In this document: in pieces, positions 8,932 through 18,241 of the stretch
How the letters are laid out: each line of letters opens with the position of its first letter
Position numbering within the stretch: position 1 is the first letter of the stretch
Assembly: GCF_000341395.1 (NCBI RefSeq)
Contig: NC_020304.1
Coordinates: 1,380,001 to 1,412,000 of the forward strand
DNA: 32,000 nt
Direction: 5' to 3'
From: Desulfocapsa sulfexigens DSM 10523
GTDB taxonomy: Bacteria; Desulfobacterota; Desulfobulbia; Desulfobulbales; Desulfocapsaceae
Made by a program: the position numbers and the translations under genes
The notes under the pieces: generated by a model
Seen by the model: the letters and a program-made list of their open reading frames with translations, nothing else
What the model was told of the DNA's origin: nothing
The model's database searches: none

Positions 8932-9999
8932 TCACTGGAATACGCACTTATGCTTGCCTTCCATGTATTCCTTTGAGCCAAATAGGTTCTGGAGGTCTTC
9001 ATTTGTATACTCTTGCCGCTCCTGATCCGCTCTTTTTTGACTTTTTATCTGGAGCCCTTCTGCTGGATTGTATTGCATGTGTCCATTACGAACAGCGTAG
9101 TTAAACAATCCGCTCAATCGTCTGATATATTTATTGATGGTATTAACAGTAAGAGTCTTCTCAGGCCGAGAATCAATGATCTCTGCGACAGTTTTTCCTT
9201 CGTATCTCGACCCCTTGTTCAGGTTTGGTGGCAATTGCATAAGTATGGATTTATATTCTGTCATTACCTTTCTATCAATTTGCTCCACAGGCAAATCACC
9301 CACAATTCTCATAAACAAGGTAAAAATTGTAAGGTTCTCAGCTTTTGTCTTTTCTGTCCAGTTACCTCCCTTTTCCACTTCAAGTATATAGCTCTCCTCA
9401 ACTTCAGAAAAAGCACTATATTTTGTAGCGTTTAGATTAATGGAACTGCCTTGGAGAATGTTGCGAGGTTTTTTAAATGAAGATGTTAATCCTTCGTCTA
9501 TCAGTTCACAGCAAGCTATTTCACCTCCCACAAGGAGCTTCACTTTTCGCAGGATATTTTGAATATTGTCCTTTGGTGAATGGCTGTTTGAATCAAAATG
9601 CTCCATGGAATCCAAAAGTTGAGTCACAAGCATCAGAATTTCATTATCTTCAGAGACCTCTTCCTTATTGGCAACTTTGGTACCTACGGTTTTAGAAGGA
9701 TGGAACCTGCAATATTCATCCTTTGCCAAGGTATCGCCAATATACTCTTTTACCAAATGCTGAATTTTTTCCTTTGTGAAATTAATGACATTGGTACGAA
9801 TATTCATGAATAGCTGGCGTAGATAGGTAGCAATACAGTTTGCTCGATGCTTAGCTATTCTCGAAATCCCAGTACGAAGGGAATATCTGAACTCACCTTT
9901 ACCGACAACTACTCTTAAATCATTTGGTATACGTATTCTGAAAATGTAACCAGAAGGACTCTGATACATGTACGTTGGACTAGAAACAGAAAAACCCAT
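8932..9999 (-). pseudogene. Tyrosine recombinase/integrase (DUF6538-like N-terminus), catalytic domain lost at the IS21 junction
   Basis: N-terminal MGFSVSSPTYMYQSPSGYIFRIRIPNDLRVVVGKGEFRYSLRTG; SAM-like core-binding region TLTVNTINKYIRRLSGLFNYAVRNGHMQYNPAEGLQIK. The ORF ends in codons supplied by IS21 (KHK|CVFQ*). The listed ORF extends to 10059. Confidence 0.82.
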
Positions 10000-10098
10000 C
10001 TTTATAACCTCTCGTTCATTACCTTGTGGATAATGTGAGTGGATAAAGATAGGTTTCAATGCCCTGAAATCATATTTTACATAATGATTTCAATACTT

Positions 10099-10459
10099 TG
10101 GTGGAGGCGGCGGGAGTCGAACCCGCGTCCAAAAATGCTCCCCTCTCGTATCTACATGCTTAGTCCCGGGCTTTAAGTTTCATGTCAGGGGCCCCGCCGG
10201 AACCAGAGTACACTGACACTATTCTGCTAAATCTTATTCTTATGCCGGCAGACGCAGTAAAAGAACCAGCCCGTTGAGTCGGCGCTCCGGTCCAGCCTTA
10301 CGGGCGAAGGCTGGGGGAACGGCACAGCAGTCTAAGCTGCCAGTGCGTAGTTATAATCGTCGGCGATTATAATTAAAGTACCATCGGTTTTACGAGCAGA
10401 CAGAAAGCTCGGCATGCAACGTAAAGCTTACACATCCCTGTCGAATCCGTTTCGCCCCC
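10099..10459 (-). ncRNA. ssrA: transfer-messenger RNA (tmRNA), 361 nt, encoded CCA
   Basis: 5' GGGGGCGAAACGGATTCGACAGGGATGTG; 3' GGGTTCGACTCCCGCCGCCTCCACCA; acceptor stem GGGGGCG/CGCCTCC; resume ORF GCC GAC GAT TAT AAC TAC GCA CTG GCA GCT TAG = ADDYNYALAA* at 10332-10364. Confidence 0.96.
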
Positions 10460-10498
10460 ATATTTCTGTTAAATTTTGTGTGGTTATATTAAATTGAC

Positions 10499-10984
10499 TC
10501 AGCCAATCTTGCCATGGCGCATTTCGCGTTGAAGCTCACGGTTGCTCTGTTGTTCTTTAAGAGAGGCCCGTTTGTCGTACTGCTTCTTTCCACGTGCAAG
10601 ACCAAGTTCTATCTTCGCTTTGCCATTCCCTACAAAGTATATCTTCAAAGGAACCAGCGCAAGGCCCTTTTCTTTTAATTTTCCAATTAGTTTGCGCAGC
10701 TCCCGTTTATGAAGCAGGAGTTTTCGTACCCGCATGGGTTCGTTCGGGTTGTGGGTGGCAAAGCTGTACATGGAAATGTGAACGTTGTGCAGATAGAGTT
10801 CGCCCCGAGAATCAATCTGGGCATAGCCATCGCGCAAATTGGCCTTACCGGCCCGCAGTGATTTCACTTCGGGGCCATTCAACACCATACCGGCTTCGTA
10901 CCTGTCATCGATATGATAGTCGTGAAAGGCCTTTTTGTTTTTGCAGACAATTTTGACTGCTCTGTCTGTACCCTTATTTCCCAT
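10499..10984 (-). CDS. smpB: SsrA-binding protein SmpB
   Basis: [46 protein letters not shown]... HELRKLIGK... [14 protein letters not shown]. Adjacent to tmRNA. Confidence 0.98.
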   Translation of the reverse strand: MGNKGTDRAVKIVCKNKKAFHDYHIDDRYEAGMVLNGPEVKSLRAGKANLRDGYAQIDSRGELYLHNVHISMYSFATHNPNEPMRVRKLLLHKRELRKLIGKLKEKGLALVPLKIYFVGNGKAKIELGLARGKKQYDKRASLKEQQSNRELQREMRHGKIG

Positions 10985-10995
10985 TTCGGTTTTCT

Positions 10996-12795
10996 TTAGT
11001 CGGCGGTTACCCGCATCGCTTCTTCATAAGTAGTAATTCCTGCCTTTACCTTTTCCCACGCGTCCTCACGTAGAGTAGTCATTCCTTCGCGGATTGCAAG
11101 TTGTCTTATTTCCTCTGCGCTATTTCCGGCACTGACCATCTTTTTCATCTGCTCTGAGAGTGGGAAAATCTCAAAAATACCACATCTGCCCTTGTAGCCG
11201 GTTCCTCTGCATATTCGGCACCCTTTTCCCCGTGAAAGGGTGTAGGTCTCTTTTTCTGCCACGGGAAAGCCAAGTCGGATGAGTTCTGAGCCTTTCATTT
11301 CAAAAGATTCTGAGCAATGGGAACATATGGTTCGCACCAGTCGTTGGGCAAGAGCTCCAAGCAGCGTTGAGGAAATCAGAAATGGCTCGAGGCCCAGGTC
11401 TCTCAGTCTCACAATAGATGAAACCGCATCATTGGTATGCAGGGTAGAGAAGACCAGGTGGCCGGTCATGGCAGCCTGGACTGCATGGGATGCGGTGACA
11501 AAATCACGGATTTCACCGATCATGATGACGTCGGGATCCTGGCGGAGAATATTTCTAAGAATTGTTGAAAAGGTGACATCGATAAGAGGTTGTACGGAGA
11601 TCTGATTGAATGCTTCGTAGACCATTTCCACCGGGTCTTCCACTGTGATGATGTTTCTTTCCGGGGTGGCAATTTTCTCGAGAGTGGAATAGAGGGTGGT
11701 GGATTTTCCAGATCCCGTGGGACCGGTTACCAGAACGATTCCGTGTGGCGACTGGATAAAAGAGTTGTAGACCATGTGATCTCTTTTTGAAAAACCAAGT
11801 TTGTCCAGGTCCTGGAAGATCACATCCGGGTCAAGAATACGCATGACCACTTTTTCCCCAAAGGCTACAGGAACTGTGGAAACACGAACTTCTGCCTCCT
11901 TGCCGCCACTGAGGGAAAGCTTGATGCGTCCATCCTGTGGGCGTCGTTTTTCGGCAATATCAAGGCGAGCCAAAGATTTAATACGGGCAACAATTGCGGA
12001 ATGAACAGCCTTGGGCAGATTATAGATGGTGTGGAGTGTGCCGTCTATCCGGAAACGGATCATGCATTTGTCGCGCTTAGGTTCCACATGGATATCACTG
12101 GCATTTTGATCAAGGGCGTAATTGAAGAGGTGGTTCACTGCCGACTTGATGTGTTGATCAGATGAGGATATTTCCTTCGTTGAGGATATTTTTACAAATT
12201 GCTCAAGGTTGCCTATATCGACTGAGCCGCCAACTCCCGGGCCTTTGAACTGATCTTCGGCGGCACTGATAGAGCGCTGAAAACCAAAAAATTCGGAAAG
12301 GATTTTTATAATATCGGATTTTGGGGTGATATAGGCCTTAATTTTTACCTGATTTGCCTGTTCGATATCTTTTAAAACTGTCTGGTTATCAGGGTGATAG
12401 ACGGCAACTTCGAGAATTCCATTCTGGAAGTTGAAGGGCAATAGCAGATGGCTGATGGCAAAGTTTTTCGGTATACTTTTGGTGACTACTTCCATGTCGA
12501 GATCAAGCGGATCCAGTTTCTTAAAAGGGAGACCACAGGATTGACTGACTGCCAGCATTATGCTTTCTTCATCAAGAGGGGTATCTTTTTTCCCCCCTGC
12601 ATCCAGCTTCAGGGAGATGATAATATCAACGAGATCTGGAAAGTTCCGGTCAAAGGTTTTGTCAGCACCGAATTGTTTCAGGAGTTTTTGGCGCTGTTTC
12701 CCCTTCTCAAGGGTGATGAATTGCCGCTGTTTTTTTGTGATGAGACCCTTTTTGCTGAGGATATCCAGCAAAGTGTCGCTGTTGAGAAGTGCCAT
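10996..12795 (-). CDS. GspE/PilB-family type II secretion / type IV pilus assembly ATPase
   Basis: MshEN-like N-terminus, [53 protein letters not shown]4 zinc motif CSHC...CRIC. Confidence 0.95.
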   Translation of the reverse strand: MALLNSDTLLDILSKKGLITKKQRQFITLEKGKQRQKLLKQFGADKTFDRNFPDLVDIIISLKLDAGGKKDTPLDEESIMLAVSQSCGLPFKKLDPLDLDMEVVTKSIPKNFAISHLLLPFNFQNGILEVAVYHPDNQTVLKDIEQANQVKIKAYITPKSDIIKILSEFFGFQRSISAAEDQFKGPGVGGSVDIGNLEQFVKISSTKEISSSDQHIKSAVNHLFNYALDQNASDIHVEPKRDKCMIRFRIDGTLHTIYNLPKAVHSAIVARIKSLARLDIAEKRRPQDGRIKLSLSGGKEAEVRVSTVPVAFGEKVVMRILDPDVIFQDLDKLGFSKRDHMVYNSFIQSPHGIVLVTGPTGSGKSTTLYSTLEKIATPERNIITVEDPVEMVYEAFNQISVQPLIDVTFSTILRNILRQDPDVIMIGEIRDFVTASHAVQAAMTGHLVFSTLHTNDAVSSIVRLRDLGLEPFLISSTLLGALAQRLVRTICSHCSESFEMKGSELIRLGFPVAEKETYTLSRGKGCRICRGTGYKGRCGIFEIFPLSEQMKKMVSAGNSAEEIRQLAIREGMTTLREDAWEKVKAGITTYEEAMRVTAD

Positions 12796-12883
12796 GTAAT
12801 GCTCACGGATAGAGTATTGTTCTAAAAATGGTAAACCTTAAGTAAGACGATGCCCAGTTCAGTATCTCCTTGGGGGAGGGAAA

Positions 12884-12937
12884 TGCCTCGGGTAAATTGT
12901 TTTCTTTCGGGAGAACCCGGAAACAAATTGAGGCATG
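12884..12937. repeat. Extended imperfect hairpin in the divergent pilB-like/purL intergenic region
   Basis: ATGCCTC (12884-12890) / GAGGCAT (12931-12937) outer arms, AATTGTTTT.. / ..GAAACAAATT middle, CGGG-AGAA-CCCG apical hairpin. Confidence 0.6.
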
Positions 12938-13170
12938 CCAGGGGAGATTACATCTATACTTCCTGTATTCTGTTCTTTTTTCTACACTTTATCAAGAAGA
13001 AAACCTCACGAAGCTAAGCCACTGTCACGCTCCTCCAATTCCGGGTCTGGATGAAATTACCGATGCATCGGAAACTGTTATCGTTGAACTCTGATAGCTA
13101 TCTGGTATAAACTGCGTTATGTGTAGTTTCAAACTCAATATGAACACTAATTATATTTCGGGAACCAGCT

Positions 13171-16100
13171 ATGTCATCCATTGTCAGCCAGTTATATCGT
13201 AAGACCAGCGAGAACAGAGAGTACTGTTTTAATGTTGAATCCAGTCGTCCTCTGACCCCGGAGGAACAGAGTCGTCTGCGATTGATTCTGGCCGATGGTT
13301 TTCTGGAAAATTCAGTCACGACGGATCCTCTGCTTGCGGGGGACAGGGTGGTGGAGATGGGTCCAAGGCTCAATTTTGCCACGGCCTGGTCTTCTAATAT
13401 GGTCTCGATCTGTAAGGCCACCGGACTTGAATGTGTGTCGAGGGTCGAGCGTTCCCGCAGATATCTGGTGGACAGTTCGCAGGATCTTCAGGAATTTGTA
13501 CGGGACAATCATGATCGGATGACAGAGTGCCCCTATCCGGAAGCTCTTTCCACCTTCGAGACAGGGATTCAGCCGGAAGCTGTCTATGATGTCGATATGA
13601 AGGGAGGTGGTCCTGACGCCCTTCTTGATATTCCGGGTATTTCCATGGACGAGCGGGACCGGAATTTTTATTACGATTATTTTGTGAACAAGCATGACCG
13701 TAATCCCACCATTGTAGAGATTATGGATCTGAATAATGCCAACTCCGAGCATTCACGGCACGGTTTTTTCCGCGGCCGTCAGGTGATTGATGGTGAGGAA
13801 CAGAAAGAAAACCTCTTTGAGCTGGTTATTGAAACATTAAAGCAGAACCCCAAGGGCAGTCTGGTTGCTTTCAAGGATAATTCAAGTGTGGTCTCGGGAC
13901 ATGATATCCATACCATTATGCCAGAGACCCCCGGTGTTCCCTGTGCCTTAAAGGAAAGTGATGTGACATACCATGTGTTGCTGACCGCCGAGACCCACAA
14001 CTTTCCTACGGGTGTTGCACCATTTCCCGGAGCTGAAACAGGAACGGGTGGCCGTATTCGTGACGTCCAGGGAACGGGAAAAGGTGGTTTTGTCATTGCC
14101 GGAACCACCGGCTACTGTGTGGCAAACCTTCATATCCCCGGTTACACCCTTCCATGGGAAAACAGCTACCAGTGTCCTGAGAATCTGGCATCGGCGCTGG
14201 ATATTGAAATAGAGGCGAGTAATGGTGCCTCCGATTACGGGAATAAATTTGGTGAACCCATGATTCAGGGGTTTACCCGTTCCTTTGATCTGCGCCTTGA
14301 AAATGGCGAACGTTGGGGATTTTTAAAACCCATTATGTTCACCGGTGGTATCGGCCAGATTGATGCCCGGCACACGGAAAAGGATAAGGAACTGAAGGGT
14401 ATGAAGATCGTTCAGGTGGGCGGTCCAGCCTACCGGGTCGGTTTTGGCGGCGGCGCTGCCTCGTCCATGCTCCAGGGCGAAAATGCCTCTGAGCTTGATT
14501 TTAATGCCGTGCAGCGCGGTGATGCTGAGATGGAACAGAAGATGAACCGTGTCATCCGTGCCTGTAACGAGATGGGTGATAAAACCATTATCGATGTTAT
14601 CCATGATCAGGGCGCTGGCGGGCCTGCCAATGTGTTGAAAGAGCTTGTTGAGCATTCCGGCGGCTATATCGAGATCCGCAAAATGCGGGTGGGTGATCCC
14701 ACCATGTCGGTACTGGAAATCTATGTGGCGGAGTATCAGGAACGAAACGGTTTTTTGATCAGTCCTGAGAATATTGACCGGTTTCAGGCAATATGTGAAC
14801 GGGAAAAGGTGGGCTGTGAGGTGCTTGGTGAAGTGACCGGCGACCTGCAGTTTGTGGTTCATGATGAGCTTGATGGTTCTACTCCTGTGGATATAGACCT
14901 TTCGGAACTGCTTGGTGATATCCCGGTCAAGACCTTTGAGGACAGTCGTTCCCGGCCACAGTTGAAGCCTTTGGATCTGCCCGGTGATTTGACCGTAGGT
15001 GCTGCACTGCACGATGTACTGCGCCTGGTTTCCGTCGGCTCCAAACGCTTTCTGACCAATAAGGTTGACAGGGCTGTTACCGGGCTTATTGCCAGGCAGC
15101 AGTGCTGCGGGCCGCTGCAGCTTACGGTGAGTGATGTGGCAGTGGTTGCCCAGTCTCATTTCAGTTTGAGTGGTGGCGCCACAGCCATCGGGGAGCAGCC
15201 CATCAAGATGCTGGTCGATCCTGCAAAGGGTGCCCGGATGGCCGTTGGGGAATCTCTTACCAACCTTGTCTGGGCAAAGATTGATGATCTGGAACAGGTA
15301 AAGTGTTCGGCCAACTGGATGTGGGCTCCGAAACTGCCGGGAGAAGGAGCTGCACTCTATGATGCCGCCAAGGGTATGTGTGATGCCATGATAGCCGTGG
15401 GTATGGCTGTGGACGGTGGCAAGGACAGCCTTTCAATGGCTACAATGGTCGGGGATGAGACTGTTAAATCGCCCCGGGAACTTGTGATTTCTGCCTATGC
15501 GGCCATGAGCGATATTACCGCCGTTGTGACACCGGATCTTAAACGGGCCGGTGCCTCGTCACTGCTCTTTATCGATCTTGGCAATGGGAAAAACAGGCTG
15601 GGTGGTTCGGCTCTGGCCCAGACCAGGTCACTTCTCGGGAATGATTGCCCCGATATGGAAGATCCAGCTGCTGTGAAAAATGCATTTCTTGCAGTGCAGG
15701 ATGCAATTGGGAAAGGTCTGCTTACGGCAGGACACGACAGGAGTGATGGTGGTCTGGTGACAACTGTTCTTGAAATGGCTTTCTCTGGAAACTGTGGTCT
15801 GGATATTGATCTGCAATCAACTGATTCTCCTCTGGCAACCCTGTTCTCCGAAGAATTGGGGCTGGTCCTCGAATGTGGTGATGAGACGCTGAACGATCTG
15901 CAACAGGTCCTTGCCGGGTATGATGTCGATTCCGTTGTTCTTGGACGGAGCGTCAAGGAGAAGCAGATTACGATCCGTATAAACGGAGAAATTGTTCTCG
16001 ATGAAGATATGCGCAAGCTTCGGGAAAACTGGGAAGAGACAAGCTATCAGCTTGAACGCCTCCAGATTGTACCGGACTGTGCAGATCAGGAGAAGAAAAA

Positions 16101-16974
16101 TTGTTACGATCGTAAGGGACCTGCCTATCATCTGAGCTTTACGCCCGAGCCTGCACCGGCCGAGCTTCTAGCAAAAACGGACAAACCAAAAGTTGCCATC
16201 CTGCGTGACGAGGGTTCCAACTCCGATCGTGAAATGAGTTCGGCGTTTTACGCTGCAGGTTTTGAGCCCTGGGACATCACCATGAGTGATCTTCTTGCGG
16301 GCCGGATAACTCTGGATGGTTTCAGGGGTATTGCTGCAGTGGGCGGCTTTTCCTATGCCGATGTGCCGGAATCAGCCAAGGGCTGGGCTGCCACCATTCG
16401 TTTTAACGATACTCTGAAAAAGATGTTCCGGGAATTCTACGAGCGTCCTGATACCTTCAGCCTTGGTATATGCAATGGCTGTCAGCTCTTTGGTCTGCTT
16501 GGTCTGGTTCCATGGCAGGATATTGAAGCGGAAAAACAGCCCCGTTTTATCCATAATCTCTCGGGCCGTTTTGAGTCTCGCTGGTCTACGGTAAAGGTTG
16601 AAAAAAGTCCTGCACTTATGTTGAAAGGTATGGAAGGGCTGGTCTTTGGTATTCATGTGGATCATGGAGAAGGGCATCTTACATTTCCAGATTCGGCAGT
16701 AAAAGAGCGGGTTCTTGCAGAAAATCTGGCCCCCATTTGCTATGTGGATGATGATGGAAACGCCACTGAATCCTATCCTTTTAATCCAAACGGCTCGCCA
16801 GGTGGACTGGCTGGTCTTTGTTCACCAGATGGCCGTCATCTCGCCATGATGCCTCATCCGGAACGTGTTTTCCTGGCCTGGCAGGCACATTATCTTCCCG
16901 AAGATATGAAGGGGTTGAAGGTGACTCCCTGGATGCAGATGTTCCGCAATGCTTACGAGTGGTGCCAAAACTAG
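13171..16974 (+). CDS. purL: Phosphoribosylformylglycinamidine synthase, large single-chain form with C-terminal glutaminase domain
   Basis: LNNANSEHSRHGFFRG, ETHNFPTGVAPFPGAETGTGGRIRD, DGGKDSLSMA, C-terminal GATase GICNGCQLFGLLGLVPW and PHPERVFLAWQ. Confidence 0.98.
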   Translation: MSSIVSQLYRKTSENREYCFNVESSRPLTPEEQSRLRLILADGFLENSVTTDPLLAGDRVVEMGPRLNFATAWSSNMVSICKATGLECVSRVERSRRYLVDSSQDLQEFVRDNHDRMTECPYPEALSTFETGIQPEAVYDVDMKGGGPDALLDIPGISMDERDRNFYYDYFVNKHDRNPTIVEIMDLNNANSEHSRHGFFRGRQVIDGEEQKENLFELVIETLKQNPKGSLVAFKDNSSVVSGHDIHTIMPETPGVPCALKESDVTYHVLLTAETHNFPTGVAPFPGAETGTGGRIRDVQGTGKGGFVIAGTTGYCVANLHIPGYTLPWENSYQCPENLASALDIEIEASNGASDYGNKFGEPMIQGFTRSFDLRLENGERWGFLKPIMFTGGIGQIDARHTEKDKELKGMKIVQVGGPAYRVGFGGGAASSMLQGENASELDFNAVQRGDAEMEQKMNRVIRACNEMGDKTIIDVIHDQGAGGPANVLKELVEHSGGYIEIRKMRVGDPTMSVLEIYVAEYQERNGFLISPENIDRFQAICEREKVGCEVLGEVTGDLQFVVHDELDGSTPVDIDLSELLGDIPVKTFEDSRSRPQLKPLDLPGDLTVGAALHDVLRLVSVGSKRFLTNKVDRAVTGLIARQQCCGPLQLTVSDVAVVAQSHFSLSGGATAIGEQPIKMLVDPAKGARMAVGESLTNLVWAKIDDLEQVKCSANWMWAPKLPGEGAALYDAAKGMCDAMIAVGMAVDGGKDSLSMATMVGDETVKSPRELVISAYAAMSDITAVVTPDLKRAGASSLLFIDLGNGKNRLGGSALAQTRSLLGNDCPDMEDPAAVKNAFLAVQDAIGKGLLTAGHDRSDGGLVTTVLEMAFSGNCGLDIDLQSTDSPLATLFSEELGLVLECGDETLNDLQQVLAGYDVDSVVLGRSVKEKQITIRINGEIVLDEDMRKLRENWEETSYQLERLQIVPDCADQEKKNCYDRKGPAYHLSFTPEPAPAELLAKTDKPKVAILRDEGSNSDREMSSAFYAAGFEPWDITMSDLLAGRITLDGFRGIAAVGGFSYADVPESAKGWAATIRFNDTLKKMFREFYERPDTFSLGICNGCQLFGLLGLVPWQDIEAEKQPRFIHNLSGRFESRWSTVKVEKSPALMLKGMEGLVFGIHVDHGEGHLTFPDSAVKERVLAENLAPICYVDDDGNATESYPFNPNGSPGGLAGLCSPDGRHLAMMPHPERVFLAWQAHYLPEDMKGLKVTPWMQMFRNAYEWCQN

Positions 16975-17014
16975 AATTACAGCAGTAAATTACGTGTTAC
17001 AGGCAGGGTAAAAT

Positions 17015-17890
17015 ATGGCAACAGGGTTTTTTGCAGTATTTGATGATATCGCAACGCTTTTAGATGATGCCGCAGCAATGACAAAGATTGCTACGAAGAA
17101 AACGGCGGGAATTCTGGGTGACGATCTCGCAGTGAATGCAGAAAAGGCTTCGGGGTTTGTTGCCTCACGCGAGATTCCCGTCTTGTGGGCTATTGCCAAA
17201 GGGTCTTTTTTAAACAAACTGATGATCCTGCCTTTTGCGTTTTTATTAAGTGCGTTTTTGCCATGGAGCATTGTACCGATCTTAATGATTGGAGGAATAT
17301 ATCTGGCATTTGAAGGTGCTGAGAAGATATACGAGTATTTTTTTCCACATTCTCACAAGAAGACAACGGAGATACAGCAGAACCTGACCAGAGAACAGAT
17401 TCTCAGTATAGAAAAAAAGAAGATCAAGTCGGCAATTATTACTGACTTTATACTTTCAATTGAAATCATAGTTATTGCCCTGGGAACCGTGGTGGACAAG
17501 AGTATTCCTGTGCAAATTGTGGCAGTGTCAATTGTTGCAATGCTTGCCACCGTTGGTGTATATGGAGTTGTTGCCCTTATCGTCCGCTTGGATGATGTTG
17601 GTTTCAAACTTATTGAAATAGCAGGTGACAGTCAAAAATTACTGAGTAAGGCAGGAGAATTACTTGTTCAGGCGTTACCTATAGTTATCCGCACATTGAC
17701 CGTCGTTGGCACCCTGGCTATGCTTCTCGTTGCCGGTGGTATTTTTATGCACAATGTGCATCAGATTCATGATGCATTACACACTCTTCCCAGCATTTTA
17801 GGTGAGTTGCTTACAGGTGCCGTTGTTGGAGTCATGGCACTTCTGGTGGAAAAGAGCTTTATGAGAATTTTTCGCCCGCGCCTCATATAA
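17015..17890 (+). CDS. DUF808 family inner-membrane protein (YedI-like)
   Basis: MATGFFAVFDDIATLLDDAAAMTKIATKKTAGILGDDLAVNAEKASGF is the characteristic DUF808 N-terminus; multiple TM segments follow. Confidence 0.92.
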   Translation: MATGFFAVFDDIATLLDDAAAMTKIATKKTAGILGDDLAVNAEKASGFVASREIPVLWAIAKGSFLNKLMILPFAFLLSAFLPWSIVPILMIGGIYLAFEGAEKIYEYFFPHSHKKTTEIQQNLTREQILSIEKKKIKSAIITDFILSIEIIVIALGTVVDKSIPVQIVAVSIVAMLATVGVYGVVALIVRLDDVGFKLIEIAGDSQKLLSKAGELLVQALPIVIRTLTVVGTLAMLLVAGGIFMHNVHQIHDALHTLPSILGELLTGAVVGVMALLVEKSFMRIFRPRLI

Positions 17891-17929
17891 TCAGACATTC
17901 GATGATTAAGAAAACCTGATTACCACTAA

Positions 17930-17962
17930 TCCTCAGCCTACCCACCTGAGGAGGAGTTTTTT
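17930..17962 (+). terminator. Possible Rho-independent terminator after the DUF808 gene
   Basis: TCCTCAG (17930-17936) / CTGAGGA (17946-17952), then GGAG and TTTTTT at 17957-17962. The U-tract is displaced by 4 nt, so this is weaker than canonical. Confidence 0.5.
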
Positions 17963-17968
17963 CGTGTT

Positions 17969-18043
17969 GATTATATGGGCATCTGCGGCCTGGACGGCCG
18001 CAGCAGAGCCCCCAGGGATGGGTTTATGGCGTCCCATATAATC
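17969..18043. repeat. Nested inverted-repeat element (75 bp), possible dispersed repeat or structured RNA
   Basis: Outer perfect 11-bp arms GATTATATGGG (17969-17979) / CCCATATAATC (18033-18043), with an inner perfect 7-bp hairpin TGCGGCC (17984-17990) / GGCCGCA (17996-18002). Confidence 0.7.
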
Positions 18044-18241
18044 GATACGGAACAGCTCCGGGTTGCAAAGCTGAGTTTCGATGGTAATCAGGTAAGAAAA
18101 AGAGCAACTATTCAGCTGTCGTCTTTCCATTTCAAGATACCTCTCTCGATGTAGCAAACACCTGGCTGTTCCATGTATCGTTTCAGTGGTTGGTCTGTAG
18201 GTCTTTGAGCATTGTGTGCAGACACAGATTATGGAGTACCT

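Larger units (their letters stand above)
6297..8946 (+). mobile_element. IS21-family insertion sequence (istA + istB) with multiple terminal repeats
   Basis: Left end TGCATATTCCAGACGATTCCGGCCACC matches the reverse complement of the right end, TGCGTATTCCAGTGAATCCGGCCACCC. Internal repeated GATTCCGGCCACCGATTCCA at 6311-6330 and 6357-6376. istA/istB lie between them. Confidence 0.88.

Noticed and set aside
1-10100. Search for retron, DGR, CBASS, BREX, Zorya or CRISPR-Cas components
   Set aside because: No reverse transcriptase, cyclase, Cas, DISARM/BREX or comparable signature proteins among the ORFs. Only the AbiE-like pair and the PD-(D/E)XK-bearing pseudogene have plausible defence relevance.
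11279-12004. Plus-strand ORFs inside the GspE/PilB gene
   Set aside because: Antisense shadow ORFs. The protein text is low-complexity reverse complement of conserved ATPase motifs.
13098-16700. Multiple long antisense and alternate-frame ORFs (e.g. 14323..15159 -, 15495..16016 -) inside purL
   Set aside because: They are shadow ORFs of a clearly coding, high-scoring purL frame with no domain similarity of their own.
17933-18157. 74-aa minus-strand ORF between the DUF808 gene and the FAD oxidoreductase gene
   Set aside because: Most of it is the translation of the nested inverted-repeat element. Not supported as a gene.
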